Of a stretch of DNA of 64,000 bases, positions 45,195-55,941 are shown piece after piece. A program made the translations under genes and the position numbers. Under the pieces are notes generated by a model, which saw only the letters and a list, made by a program, of their open reading frames with translations, made no database searches and was not told the origin of the DNA. Source of the stretch: Desulfatiglandales bacterium (GTDB lineage Bacteria > Desulfobacterota > DSM-4660 > Desulfatiglandales > Desulfatiglandaceae); NCBI GenBank assembly GCA_963666345.1, contig OY762721.1, positions 1,280,001-1,344,000 of the forward strand, written 5' to 3'. How positions within the stretch are numbered: the first letter of the stretch is position 1; every line of letters begins with the position of its first letter.

Positions 45195-46596
45195 ATTTTT
45201 TATCTACTTTCCCCGGTCTTATCATCTTTTCCGGTCTTACGAGTGTGTCAAATTCCTCCTCTGTGACATATCCCAGTGAAACCGCACTCTGCTTCAGGGT
45301 AAGCCCTTTTTCATGCGCCTCATGCGCTACCTCTGCGGCCTTGTCATAGCCTATATAGGGGCTGAGAGCCGTAACCAGCATAAGTGATTTGTTTAACAGT
45401 TCCTCTATCCTGCCCCTGTCGGCCGTAAGACCCTTCAACAGATTTTCGGTAAAACTCCCGGCTGAATCGGATATCAGTCTCACTGACTGCAGCAGGGAAT
45501 AGATCATTACAGGCTTGAACACATTCAGCTCGAAATTGCCCTGGGAGCCGGCAAAACCGACTGTCACGTCATTTCCTATTACCCTGGCCACAACCATTGT
45601 GAGGGCCTCGCACTGTGTCGGGTTTACCTTGCCGGGCATTATTGAGCTTCCAGGCTCATTTGCCGGGATAACAAGTTCTCCTATCCCGCATCTGGGACCA
45701 CTTGCAAGCCACCTTATATCGTTTGCGATCTTCATCAGGCTGCACGCGATCGTCCGAACCGCCCCGCTGGCCTCCACAACGGCGTCGTGGGCCGCCAGAC
45801 CTTCAAACTTGTTGTCGGCGGCATTAAAGGGCAGGCCGGTCAGCTCTGCGATATTCCTTGCGGAAATGAGATCAAAGCCCTCGGGCGCGTTAAGGCCCGT
45901 GCCCACGGCCGTGCCTCCTATCGGCAACCTGTACAGGTTTTTAAGACACCCCCTGGCCCTTTCTACGCCCAGTTCCGCCTGTTTTGAATAGCCTGAAAAC
46001 TCCTGGCCCAGAGTGAGAGGAGTGGCATCCTGAAGATGCGTCCTTCCTATCTTGACAATGTCTGCGAACTCTTCCGTCTTTTCATCGAGCACGGCCTTTA
46101 GCGATTCAAGAGACGGTATCAGATGCCGTTTTATCGATTCGGCTGCGGCAATATGCATGACCGTCGGGAATGTGTCATTTGAAGACTGGGACATATTCAC
46201 GTGATCGTTAGGATGCACAGGGTCCTTGCTCCCTAGCAGGCCGCCTGCCATCTCCACCGCCCTGTTGGAGACAACCTCGTTGACGTTCATATTGGTCTGG
46301 GTACCGCTGCCTGTCTGCCATACGACCAATGGGAAATGTTCGCCGAGCATACCCTCGATCACCTCTTCAGAGGCCCGTATTATCAGTTCTCCGATTTCCG
46401 GTTTGAGCATGCCCAGCTCCATGTTTGCCATGGCGCAGGCCTTTTTGAGTATGCCGAAGGCCCTGATTATCTCTTCAGGCATCCTCTCATTACCGATCCT
46501 GAAATTTTGGAATGATCTCTGGCTCTGGGCCCCCCAGTATCTGTCTTCAGGGACCTCGATGCTTCCCATTGAATCTCTTTCAATCCTGACTCCCAT
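45193..46596 (-). CDS. fumC: Class II fumarate hydratase
   Basis: [25 protein letters not shown]; start at ATG 46596 after GGAGG. Confidence 0.96.
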   Translation of the reverse strand: MGVRIERDSMGSIEVPEDRYWGAQSQRSFQNFRIGNERMPEEIIRAFGILKKACAMANMELGMLKPEIGELIIRASEEVIEGMLGEHFPLVVWQTGSGTQTNMNVNEVVSNRAVEMAGGLLGSKDPVHPNDHVNMSQSSNDTFPTVMHIAAAESIKRHLIPSLESLKAVLDEKTEEFADIVKIGRTHLQDATPLTLGQEFSGYSKQAELGVERARGCLKNLYRLPIGGTAVGTGLNAPEGFDLISARNIAELTGLPFNAADNKFEGLAAHDAVVEASGAVRTIACSLMKIANDIRWLASGPRCGIGELVIPANEPGSSIMPGKVNPTQCEALTMVVARVIGNDVTVGFAGSQGNFELNVFKPVMIYSLLQSVRLISDSAGSFTENLLKGLTADRGRIEELLNKSLMLVTALSPYIGYDKAAEVAHEAHEKGLTLKQSAVSLGYVTEEEFDTLVRPEKMIRPGKVDKK

Positions 46597-46789
46597 CTGA
46601 TAAGCCTCCGATATACGCGATTTGTTTACCACGGGACCTTAAATCATGAAACCCTGCCTTTATTGAGAGCAAAACCGGACCAGGGCAGGCTGATTGCTCA
46701 GGCACCATGTCCGGGTCTTTTCTATGTCCCCCGGTTCCTGTTTTTTGAGAATGCGTCAAGGTCTTTCATTGGAACATGGATACAACCGA

Positions 46790-48181
46790 CTAAACGGACA
46801 AGCCTTCAAGGAACAGATGCCGCCTGTAAAGGGCTCCAAGGGTTCTTACGGCCCTGGGCAGAGAGGGAAGTGATACCACATGGCCGTCCCTTTCAAGTTT
46901 TCTGGAAACGGTTTTCTGCTCAGGCCCGTAGAGCCAGGCAACCACAGGCTTTTCCCGATATTTGGATGCAATATACCGTATTGTCCCTGTGGCATCAAGA
47001 TATGAGTTTTCCGGCAGTTCGGGGGCTATTGCGATACAGATCACACCATCCACGTTCGGATCTTCAAGCACTGCTTCCAGGGCCACGGAGTAGACATGAT
47101 CCATGCTGTTTTTCATGACGGCAGGCCAGATATCGACAGGGTTCCCTATCGGCATCCATGAAGGTGAAAGGTCCTTTATCGCGGTTATGGTATAAGGGGA
47201 TAATCGGGCCGGTTCAAGCCCCTGGTCATACATGTCGTCGATAAGGATGATCCCCCCGGCCCCCGTAAAGGTGACTATTGCCACCCGGTTCCCCTTCATC
47301 GGGGGGAGATTGAGCAGCGCCTTTGTAAAATCCAGGATATCCTCAGGGTCACTCGTGGATATGATCCCGGTCTGCCTGAATGCGGACTCAAAGACCTCAT
47401 GGCTTCCCACCATGGAACCGCTGTGAGACGCCGCGGCCCTGGCACCCATTTCAGACCTGGCGGTCTTGAGAGACACTATCGGCTTTCTGCGCGAAACCCT
47501 TTCAGCGGTTTCAAGAAAACGCCTGCCGTCGTTCATCCCTTCTATATGTAAAAAAATCACCTCTATGTCGTCATCTTCTCCGAAGTATTCAACGGCATCG
47601 GAAAAATCCAGGTCGCAGGAATTTCCCAGATCTATACCCTTTCCCATGATGCCCGTAAAAAGGGAAGAACCCACAAAAAATATGCCCGACTGGCAGACCA
47701 CGCCTACCGGCGCTATCTCCCTTTTGAGCGGCATAAAGGATGAGGTAAAACCTGAAAAGGCGTTAATCACGCCGAGAGTGTTGGGTCCGAGCAGTCTGAT
47801 GCCCGTTTCCCCGGCGATTTCCGTCAGACGTAACTGGAGTGAATTACCCTTTTCATCTGAATCGGAAAATCCCTGAGGAATTATGATTGCCGATTTTATT
47901 CCCTGAGATGCGCACTGCTTAAGGATTGGAGGGATGGTCTTTCTGGGCGTGTTTATAATGGCCAGATCAACAGGCTCTTTTATTTCCTTTACATCGGGAA
48001 ATGCCCTTATACCGGCGATTTCTCCCGCCATCGGGTTTACAGGGTAGATCTTTCCCCTGTAACCGAAATCAAGCATGTTTTCTATTACGTTGAAACTTCC
48101 CCTGCCCGTTTTTCTGCTCGCCCCTATTACTGCGACGGAACGTGGATTCATAAAAGGTTCGATCTTTTCCTTGCTCATCAC
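46790..48181 (-). CDS. CoA-binding protein; acyl-CoA synthetase (ADP-forming) alpha-subunit-like, no ATP-grasp domain
   Basis: P.SVAVIGAS, YPVNP, GPNTLG, QSG, SHSGS, NPVD. Confidence 0.85.
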   Translation of the reverse strand: MMSKEKIEPFMNPRSVAVIGASRKTGRGSFNVIENMLDFGYRGKIYPVNPMAGEIAGIRAFPDVKEIKEPVDLAIINTPRKTIPPILKQCASQGIKSAIIIPQGFSDSDEKGNSLQLRLTEIAGETGIRLLGPNTLGVINAFSGFTSSFMPLKREIAPVGVVCQSGIFFVGSSLFTGIMGKGIDLGNSCDLDFSDAVEYFGEDDDIEVIFLHIEGMNDGRRFLETAERVSRRKPIVSLKTARSEMGARAAASHSGSMVGSHEVFESAFRQTGIISTSDPEDILDFTKALLNLPPMKGNRVAIVTFTGAGGIILIDDMYDQGLEPARLSPYTITAIKDLSPSWMPIGNPVDIWPAVMKNSMDHVYSVALEAVLEDPNVDGVICIAIAPELPENSYLDATGTIRYIASKYREKPVVAWLYGPEQKTVSRKLERDGHVVSLPSLPRAVRTLGALYRRHLFLEGLSV

Positions 48182-48271
48182 AAAGATCTCCGGAATAAGT
48201 CAGGAGGAAGCTGAAGACAATTTAGTTCAGTTTTTATTAGGTTTAATAATAATATGTGTCAATAGAATTTT

Positions 48272-48628
48272 TTATTCCTCCTTTTCATCCTTATCTTCAG
48301 GAAGCCTCAATTTGCATGCCTTAAGTAATTGAGGATCACCTTCCACCTTGAGTTTTCCCTTTACAAGGGCCATCTTTATTTCCTCTATATGCGTCTTTTC
48401 ATCGTCAAAGATGACCGTCGCGGACTCTTCACCTTCGTAATTTGTCTTTACACCGGTTACTCCCTCAACATTCATAAGGATAGATCTTACCCTTTCAGGA
48501 GTACCCGCTCAAACAGGACCAGGTACCCTCAGTTTGACTACCCTGGCGTCAGCCTTGACCTGATACGGACAGGCCAGGGAATACATAAACGCCGTAACCA
48601 TCAACAGGGGAAGAATATGTCTCTTCAT
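48272..48628 (-). CDS. Secreted HMA/MerP-like protein, probable selenoprotein (UGA at codon 40)
   Basis: ATG 48628, signal-like N-terminus, VKLRVPGPV-TGA-AGTPERV..L..VEGV in frame with the tracked ORF 48272-48475. Confidence 0.7.
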
Positions 48629-48810
48629 TTCATTACCACCTTTCAGAGTTTTTTTATCCATACCCCTTAAAAATAACTACGATTGCCTTTATGACAAATC
48701 ATGTTTTAACAAGTCGTTGTAATTTCGGAAGAAAAAAGGGCGGCCACTTCACCGGCATATTATATTCAGGCAGGTATTTGATGAAAGGAGACCTTCCGGG
48801 CCGAGGTTTA

Positions 48811-49530
48811 TCACGGCTTTTTTCCAAAGGGGCACACCTTTATGCATATACCGCAGATGGGGGACCCGATCCCGGGCATTTCGGAAAACTCACTTATCAA
48901 CTTTTCCCTGCACCGGGAAAAATAAAGGGCCTCGTCTCTGTCCCGGTAGTGATCCTTCGTGGAGACACCTTTTATGGCCCCGGCCGGGCAGGCATCTTTA
49001 CAGAGGGTGCAATCCCCGCAGCGGTTTTTCAAAGGCTCATCAACCTTTAAAGGCGCCTCCGTCAGCACCGTCACAAGCCTCACCCTGGAGCCGTATTGAG
49101 GTGTAATAAGCAGCAGGTTTTTACCCTGCCAGCCCAGTCCGGCCACTCGCGCCACCGCCTTGTGGCTTATCGCCCCATAAAGGTTTTCTCTATCCGTGAC
49201 CTGGGATGCCGGTATCGGAAGGCTCCTGAAGCCGTCATTCTGCAGCGCCGCAGCCGTCTTAAATGCGATTTCATCAAGGACCCTGTTTGCGGTCCGGTAG
49301 ATTGACGCGTAAATCGGTGTCGGCCTGTCATCTATAGTCTCAAACACGGACAGGGGCAGCTTGAGGGCGATGGCGACTGCCCTTGAAAAGGGTTTCAACA
49401 GATCCGGCGGATCAACCCTGAGGGCCGCAAGTGAGTCTATATCCGCGACTCCTACCAGATCCGCTCCAAGACCTGTTATCTTTCCCCTGGTTTTTTCATC
49501 ATAATCCTGATTCAGAGCCAGTTTTTTCAT
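48811..49530 (-). CDS. QueG/reductive-dehalogenase-like 2x[4Fe-4S] protein
   Basis: GADLVGVA, SHK..A..AGLG..GKN.LLI.P.YG..VRL, CGDCTLC..ACP, CGICIKVCP. Confidence 0.8.
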   Translation of the reverse strand: MKKLALNQDYDEKTRGKITGLGADLVGVADIDSLAALRVDPPDLLKPFSRAVAIALKLPLSVFETIDDRPTPIYASIYRTANRVLDEIAFKTAAALQNDGFRSLPIPASQVTDRENLYGAISHKAVARVAGLGWQGKNLLLITPQYGSRVRLVTVLTEAPLKVDEPLKNRCGDCTLCKDACPAGAIKGVSTKDHYRDRDEALYFSRCREKLISEFSEMPGIGSPICGICIKVCPFGKKP

Positions 49531-49974
49531 GTTTCGCTCCCTTTGAACCACGTTTTTTGCCCTTGATAATAACCATAACATGCAAATTATGCAATCTTCT
49601 CTCCAAAAATGACTCGGCAAAAATCACGTTGAGCTTTGAATTATTATATTCTATTATATTAAGTGGTTCTTCTTCGATTTAGTTGTGTAAAAGGGTTCAA
49701 GGATTCCAGGGTTCCGGGGTTCAAGTGATTGATATTTAAATATGGTATTACTACCACATCGAATTTTCTTTTGCTTGTGTGCACATATTTTATCGACCAA
49801 AAATCAGAATCCTATTAAAGAAGACATGAAAAGGCCCTGCAGCCCTCCGTGCGGCGACCGGGACATATAAAGACGAATCAAAGCGCAGACGGGGCATTAT
49901 TCCACCGGCATGTTTCTTAAAACGTTTCTTTCATTTTCATGACCTTATTTTGCCCATAATCGGAGGACTCCCCT

Positions 49975-52335
49975 ATGCAGCAAAGGAAAAGCAAGGAGGA
50001 CCTTGAACAAAGGCTCACCGAGCTCAAAGATGAAGCCGAAAGGTTGAAAACAGCTGAAGAGGCACTGCGCAAAAGTCAGAGGCAGCTTTCTGAAATCGTT
50101 CAGGGAAGCCCCATAGCGACCTTTGTAATAGACGACTCACATATCATAACCCACTGCAACAGGGCATTTGAAAACCTCACCGGCATAACTCCCGGAGACA
50201 TCATAGGAAGTACCGACCAATGGAAGGCCTTTTACCCCAAAAAAAGGCCTGTTCTTGCCGATTTCATAGTCAACAAAGCCTCCGCCTCTGAAATCGCCGG
50301 ATACTACGGGGCCAAATTCAGGAAATCCACCGTCATTGAAGGCGGCTACGAGGCGGAAGACTATTTTTCAGGCCTTGCCGGCCAGGGCAGATGGCTTTTT
50401 TTCACGGCCGCCCCTCTCAAGGACGGAGAGGGGAATATAACAGGCGCCATAGAGACTCTTCAGGACATTACAGACCGCAAAAGGGCTGAAGAGGAACATG
50501 TAAAATCAGAGATACGCTACAGGACACTGCTTGATTTCGCCCCATATCCCATAGTGGTCTTCACCCTGAACGGACTTGTTACCTATCTCAACCCCTCCTT
50601 CACGGAAATCTTCGGATGGACGCTCGATGAACTTGAAGGGAAAAACATACCCTATGTCCCCCCCGGCCTTGAGCAGGAGACTCACGAAAATATCGAAAGG
50701 CTTTTTGAAGAAAAACAGCTGGTTCGCTTTGAGACAAAAAGGCTCACCAAAGACGGCAGGATACTTGACGTAATAATGCGGGCGGCGGTGTTTCTCGACA
50801 CCGAAGAAAGACCCGCAGGTGAACTGGTGATACTGCGTGATATAACCCAGGAAAAGAGGATCGCGCGCAGCAACGCGGCTATGCTCAGGATAAGCATGGC
50901 GCTTCCTGAATACCCGGAGCTTGAGTATCTCCTGGATTACGTGAGTAACGAGGTCAAGCGCCTTGTGGGCACGGAGGGGGCGTATTTCATATTCCTGGAT
51001 GAAGAAAGGGAGGAGCTCTATTTTCTGGGTGTTGCCCATGACAGGACCCTCACCAAAATAAAGCTGAAGGAAATCCGCTTTTCCATGGATGAACTGATAA
51101 CAGGCCAGGTAATAAGGACCGGAGAACCGGTCATAATATCCGACATATCGGCTAATTCCGAACTGCACAGGGCCAGAGACAAAAAGCTGGGGTACCATAC
51201 GAAAAACCTCCTTATAGTTCCCCTCAGAAGCAGCGATCGCATTATCGGGGCCGTGTGCGCCATAAACAAAAAGGAAGGGGACTTTGATCAGACAGATGTT
51301 GAACTGCTCAGCACCATAGCCGCTACGGTAGTTCTTTCCATTGAAAATGCCAGGTTTTCCGAGGAAATAAAAAGGGCCTACAGAGAAGTCACAGGCCTTA
51401 ACAGGGCAAAGGACAAGGTCATAAATCATCTGTCTCATGAACTGAAGACCCCGGTGTCCGTTCTTTCCGGTTCCCTCAATGTCCTGGAAAGAAGGCTCTC
51501 CCAGCTTCCTGAAGAAACCTGGAAACGTACCGTGCAGAGGGCGAGAAACAACGTGGACCGCCTTCTTGAAATCCAGTACGTGGTAGACGACATTTTGGAA
51601 GGCCGGCATCACAAGGCCTATAAGCTTCTTCCTCAGGTACTTGATCAGTGTCTGGATGAGATAGAGATAATGATAGCCCAGGAAATCGGGGAAGGCCCGT
51701 TAATCGATAGAATCAGAAAACGCATCGGCAGGCTTTTCGGCCCGAAGCAGGCGGAATACAGGAACATAATGCTTCACGATTTAGTGAAGGAAAGAATTGA
51801 GATTCTCAGACCCCGGTTCTCTCACAGGCAGGTGAAGCTTGAGACCCGGATGGATGAGGTCCCTCAGGTATACATGCCTTTAGATCCGCTGGAGAAGGTG
51901 GTAGACGGACTGATAAAAAACGCCGTTGAAAACACCCCTGACCAAGGGACAATCAAGGTGATCGTGGAAAAGCATGGTGAGGGGGCAAGCCTTACGGTCC
52001 ATGACTATGGAGTGGGCATAACAGAGGAGTCGCAGAGGCGCATTTTCGAAGGATTTTTCAGTACACAGGACACAATGGCCTATTCGAGCAAACGCCCTTT
52101 TGACTTCAACGCGGGGGGCAAGGGGGCGGACCTGCTGAGGATGAAGATATTTTCCGAGCGCTACAACTTCAGGATTGACATGGAGTCTTCAAGATGCAGG
52201 TTCATACCTGGTGAAAAGGACGTCTGCCCCGGAAGCATAAGCAGTTGCAAATTCTGCCGCAAAAAAGAGGACTGCATGAATTCGGGGGGAAGTTCATTTT
52301 CCATATTCTTTTCCGCCGCGCCTGACATGTCATGA
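49975..52335 (+). CDS. Sensor histidine kinase (PAS-PAS-GAF-HisKA-HATPase)
   Basis: Two PAS/PAC (DIT.RK), GAF (VPL..IG...AINK..F...D), SHELKTP, N/G1/F/G2 boxes. Confidence 0.9.
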   Translation: MQQRKSKEDLEQRLTELKDEAERLKTAEEALRKSQRQLSEIVQGSPIATFVIDDSHIITHCNRAFENLTGITPGDIIGSTDQWKAFYPKKRPVLADFIVNKASASEIAGYYGAKFRKSTVIEGGYEAEDYFSGLAGQGRWLFFTAAPLKDGEGNITGAIETLQDITDRKRAEEEHVKSEIRYRTLLDFAPYPIVVFTLNGLVTYLNPSFTEIFGWTLDELEGKNIPYVPPGLEQETHENIERLFEEKQLVRFETKRLTKDGRILDVIMRAAVFLDTEERPAGELVILRDITQEKRIARSNAAMLRISMALPEYPELEYLLDYVSNEVKRLVGTEGAYFIFLDEEREELYFLGVAHDRTLTKIKLKEIRFSMDELITGQVIRTGEPVIISDISANSELHRARDKKLGYHTKNLLIVPLRSSDRIIGAVCAINKKEGDFDQTDVELLSTIAATVVLSIENARFSEEIKRAYREVTGLNRAKDKVINHLSHELKTPVSVLSGSLNVLERRLSQLPEETWKRTVQRARNNVDRLLEIQYVVDDILEGRHHKAYKLLPQVLDQCLDEIEIMIAQEIGEGPLIDRIRKRIGRLFGPKQAEYRNIMLHDLVKERIEILRPRFSHRQVKLETRMDEVPQVYMPLDPLEKVVDGLIKNAVENTPDQGTIKVIVEKHGEGASLTVHDYGVGITEESQRRIFEGFFSTQDTMAYSSKRPFDFNAGGKGADLLRMKIFSERYNFRIDMESSRCRFIPGEKDVCPGSISSCKFCRKKEDCMNSGGSSFSIFFSAAPDMS

Positions 52336-52369
52336 AAAAGGGGCAAAAGCCCCGTTCATCTTTGCCCCT

Positions 52370-53548
52370 TCAATTACCAAGAAGGGGATGAGTCCGGATA
52401 AGGGCATCTATCCTTTCCAGGACATCTTCCCTTACCTCTCCTTCCCGCGGCTCATCAAGGCGTGAGATGAAAAAATTCCCGTAATAGTCTTCTTCTTCAT
52501 CGTCATCCCATTCGACCCCTGCCAGGATCTCCGAGCCTTTTTCAGGAAGTTTGACAGGCAGATTCCGCCCGCTTATAAGCCCCCACATACCTGCCCAGCA
52601 GCGGGCGAGCGCCAGGGGGTGGTAACCTCCGCCGCCGATTACCAGGAGCCTTGGAATCCCGTTTTCATTTTCAGGGCAAAGCCCCGTTACCGTCCGGACC
52701 GCTTCAAGAAACAGCTGGGTGGATACCTCGAATTTTCCGAGCGGGTCTGAAAAGATGATGTCGGTGCCTGACTGAAGCACAACCGCATCGGGCCGGAAAC
52801 GCCTGAACAGCCGGGGGAATACCTGCTTGAAGGCCGCGCGGTATTCGCTGTCGTTAATACCCTTTGGAAGAGGAAGGTTTACGAGGTTGTCGTGCGCGCC
52901 TCTGTCCCGGATCCTTCCGCCTTCAAAAGGATAGGCATAAGAGGTGTCCATATGAATCGAGGCAACGACCGTGCCGGGATCATCCCTGAAGGCATGGACG
53001 ACCCCGTCAGGCAGATGCGCGTCGAGATCGATATAAAGCACCTTCATTCCTTCACTACGAAGCCTCATAACACCCAGCACTCCGTCATTAAAGAAACAGA
53101 ACCCGCGCGCCCTGCCGGGCATTGCATGATGCATTCCGCCTGCCGGATTAAAGGCGACCCTTCCGCCTATAACCTGCTCGGCCCCCTGAATGCTGGCCCC
53201 CGCGGCGGTCGCAGGTGTGGTGAAAAAGCCCTCGAACCAGGGGTTTTCAAAGTTTCCGAAGTTGTACTTTTCCCGGTAGCTGGCAGATATCCTGCGGGTT
53301 TTTTCGCACTCCCTTACAGCCTCGATATAGTCCCTTTTGTGAAACCGCCCGAGCTCCTCAACCGTCGCCTGCCGCGATTCGATGTATTCGCCGTCTTCGA
53401 TGGCACCGAAACTCCTTATGAGATCAAGGGTAAGCGCCACTCTCGGAATTCCGAGGGGATGATTTTTCCCGTAACTGTGCCGACGAAACAGAGGGGCACC
53501 GAATATTACAGCCGCATGCCCCTCTTCAAAGCTCCCTTTACCTTTCAA
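52370..53548 (-). CDS. Histone deacetylase family protein (AcuC-like)
   Basis: GGMHHA, GFCFFND, DLDAH..DG, G.D....DPLG, GGGGY. Confidence 0.9.
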   Translation of the reverse strand: MKGKGSFEEGHAAVIFGAPLFRRHSYGKNHPLGIPRVALTLDLIRSFGAIEDGEYIESRQATVEELGRFHKRDYIEAVRECEKTRRISASYREKYNFGNFENPWFEGFFTTPATAAGASIQGAEQVIGGRVAFNPAGGMHHAMPGRARGFCFFNDGVLGVMRLRSEGMKVLYIDLDAHLPDGVVHAFRDDPGTVVASIHMDTSYAYPFEGGRIRDRGAHDNLVNLPLPKGINDSEYRAAFKQVFPRLFRRFRPDAVVLQSGTDIIFSDPLGKFEVSTQLFLEAVRTVTGLCPENENGIPRLLVIGGGGYHPLALARCWAGMWGLISGRNLPVKLPEKGSEILAGVEWDDDEEEDYYGNFFISRLDEPREGEVREDVLERIDALIRTHPLLGN

Positions 53549-54062
53549 TTGTCAACCTGTTTATGACGACCTTCTTAAGCGGCCTGTCCTGGGAATCCGT
53601 ATTAACCGAACCGATCCGTCTTACCACTTCCATACCCTCCGTGACCTTACCGAAGACGGAGTGCCTGTCATCAAGGTGGGGTGTGGCATCCAGGGTCACG
53701 AAAAACTGACTGCCGTTGGTGCCGGGCCCCGCGTTTGCCATCGACAATATACCTTCGCCGTCATGCCTGAGTGAGGAGTCAAACTCATCGTCAAAATTAT
53801 AACCGGGACCGCCGGTCCCGTTTCCATCCGGACAGCCCCCCTGAATCATGAACTGATCGATCACCCTGTGAAAGATGAGCCCGTCATAAAATTTTCCACC
53901 CTTGATCGTGGTCTGCCTGCCTTCGGCAAGATTCACGAAATTCCAGACCGTATCAGGGCATTCCTTTGCATAAAGTTCAGCCTTAAAGGAACCCATGTTG
54001 GTATCAAAATTCGCGGTCAGTCTTTCAACATCTTCCGTGTAGTCGCTCTTTTTACCGATCAT
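53538..54062 (-). CDS. Cyclophilin-type peptidyl-prolyl isomerase
   Basis: FHRVI..FMIQGG, SMANAG..TNGSQFF, HSVFG. Confidence 0.95.
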   Translation of the reverse strand: MIGKKSDYTEDVERLTANFDTNMGSFKAELYAKECPDTVWNFVNLAEGRQTTIKGGKFYDGLIFHRVIDQFMIQGGCPDGNGTGGPGYNFDDEFDSSLRHDGEGILSMANAGPGTNGSQFFVTLDATPHLDDRHSVFGKVTEGMEVVRRIGSVNTDSQDRPLKKVVINRLTIER

Positions 54063-54446
54063 TATTTTCTCCTAATAGTTTTTTTGACCTGTCTTTATAA
54101 TCAAACTCATTTTAAATTCAAGCCGTTTTGTTTACACAAAAACCGTCAACGGACCCCCTGTCCATTTTTTATACCACGGTATGTCATCCCGCAAGCGCAG
54201 GTGCCGGGGCTCTTTTTTCAGGCCTTGTCTCACAAAAGAATACCACAGGCTGACGCAGTGGCCGCACACAGGGCTTTCCTCCCGGGAGCCCTGTCAGCCA
54301 AGGTAACGCCTGCAAAAGCCCATGGATGCGGGCACTTCTCCTTAAGAGATAGAGAAGGCCGGGTAAAAGAGTGCCGGCGGCGCAGCGATATCGTCGATGC
54401 CTTCCACTAGCACCCCCGGCCCCTTGACCCCTTAAATACGATCCTC

Positions 54447-55103
54447 CTAACGGCTGAAAAAGGGGTTGTGATCCTTTTCCCTTCCTACCGTGGAAACAGG
54501 CCCATGCCCCGGAAGCACAAGGGTATCATCAGGAAGGATGAACACCTTATTGCGGATATTTTCAAGAAGCAGCGGCATGTCTCCACCGGGAAAATCGGTA
54601 CGTCCTATGCTGCCCGCAAAAAGGGCGTCACCGCAGATCACCATATCTGCCGTCTTTCTTGAACCATTCAGATCCACTTCCCCTTTAAATACGAATGCCA
54701 GCCCGGCAGGCGAGTGTCCCCTGACATCGATCACCTTGAACTTGACACTTCCCACCTCTATTACATCACCTTCTTCAACGAATTGAGAAGCCTCTGATTT
54801 CCGGCTGGAAAAACCCCATTGAGCGGCCCTTTCAACAGCCTGGGAAAGGGCCGGAGCCTCATCCCTGTGTGTAACAATCGGTGCGCCCGTAGCCTCCTGC
54901 ATTTCGCTGTTTGCCCCGACATGATCCCAGTGGGTATGAGTGTTTACTATGTATTTTACCTTGAGTCCCTCATCTTTGAGGGCCTCCAGTATCTTGGCGG
55001 CATCTCCCCCCGGATCAAAGACCGCGGCCTCACCCGTATCCTCGTCCCCGACAATATAGCAGTTCACCATGAGTGGTCCTACCTCGAGCATCTTTAAGAT
55101 CAT
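54447..55103 (-). CDS. MBL-fold metallohydrolase (glyoxalase II-like)
   Basis: THTHWDHVG, GHS, GDALF..SIGRTD, PGHG. Confidence 0.9.
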   Translation of the reverse strand: MILKMLEVGPLMVNCYIVGDEDTGEAAVFDPGGDAAKILEALKDEGLKVKYIVNTHTHWDHVGANSEMQEATGAPIVTHRDEAPALSQAVERAAQWGFSSRKSEASQFVEEGDVIEVGSVKFKVIDVRGHSPAGLAFVFKGEVDLNGSRKTADMVICGDALFAGSIGRTDFPGGDMPLLLENIRNKVFILPDDTLVLPGHGPVSTVGREKDHNPFFSR

Positions 55104-55206
55104 ATATTCCCCTTTCCGTATCTGATGTGGATTTAAGCTATAATATTTGCATCGTTTCAGGCTTTTGCAACCGAAAATCCAACCGGTGCATTGTGAGGCG
55201 CCCTTA

Positions 55207-55929
55207 TCAACCCGGGAGATAATCCGTTCTGACGTTCTGGAGCGCGTGAAAGACGTTGCCTTTTGTCTTCCTGTTGGCCCTGTAGAACTTAACCAGCATC
55301 TGCTTTATCTCGTTTCTCTTTGAAGAGCCTGCCGTGGGGCAGTTGAGGCTTATCTTAGGCCACTGCATGGACCCGGCATATCTTGATATGACATCTTCAT
55401 CTACCATGTAAAGGGGCCTGATCACCGCAAGTCTACCGCCGAAGAATTCCTGCACAGGCAGCATCGTACTGATGGAGGCACCGTAGAACAGGTTCAGGAA
55501 GAATGTCTCTATCAGGTCGTCCTTGTGATGGCCGAAGGCGATTTTGCGGCACCCAAGCTCCCCTGCCGTCTCAAAAATGATCTTCCGCCTGAGCCTGGAG
55601 CAGAGAAAACAGGGGTTTTCCCTGTTCTCCGGGCTGTGGGCCTTAGGCCCTATATCGCTTTTGATAATCCTGTAATCGAACCGGTGGGTCTCAAAAAAAT
55701 CCTTGAGCCGACTTGAAGAGTCCGATCCGAAGCCCGGGTCCACATGGATGGCGGTGAGCCTGTAATCTATGGGTATCCGCCTTATCCTCTCTCTCAAAAG
55801 CCATAAAAGGGTCAGGCTGTCCTTTCCCCCTGATACCGCCACAAGCAGGTGATCACCGTCATGTATCATGTCATGTCTGTGAAGGGCCCGCCCCATGAGG
55901 CGTTTGAGTTCTTTGGCGACATATCCCAA
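55207..55929 (-). CDS. ttcA: TtcA-like tRNA thiolation PP-loop ATPase
   Basis: SGGKDS, PCFLCSRLRR, GHH.DD..ET, IRPL. Confidence 0.8.
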   Translation of the reverse strand: MGYVAKELKRLMGRALHRHDMIHDGDHLLVAVSGGKDSLTLLWLLRERIRRIPIDYRLTAIHVDPGFGSDSSSRLKDFFETHRFDYRIIKSDIGPKAHSPENRENPCFLCSRLRRKIIFETAGELGCRKIAFGHHKDDLIETFFLNLFYGASISTMLPVQEFFGGRLAVIRPLYMVDEDVISRYAGSMQWPKISLNCPTAGSSKRNEIKQMLVKFYRANRKTKGNVFHALQNVRTDYLPG

Positions 55930-55941
55930 GGCGATTATCTC

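Noticed and set aside
50506..51612. 368-aa minus-strand ORF
   Set aside because: Antisense shadow of the histidine kinase.
54120..54440. Hairpin-rich intergenic region as riboswitch or sRNA
   Set aside because: Local stems exist but no recognisable family motif or coherent ORF.
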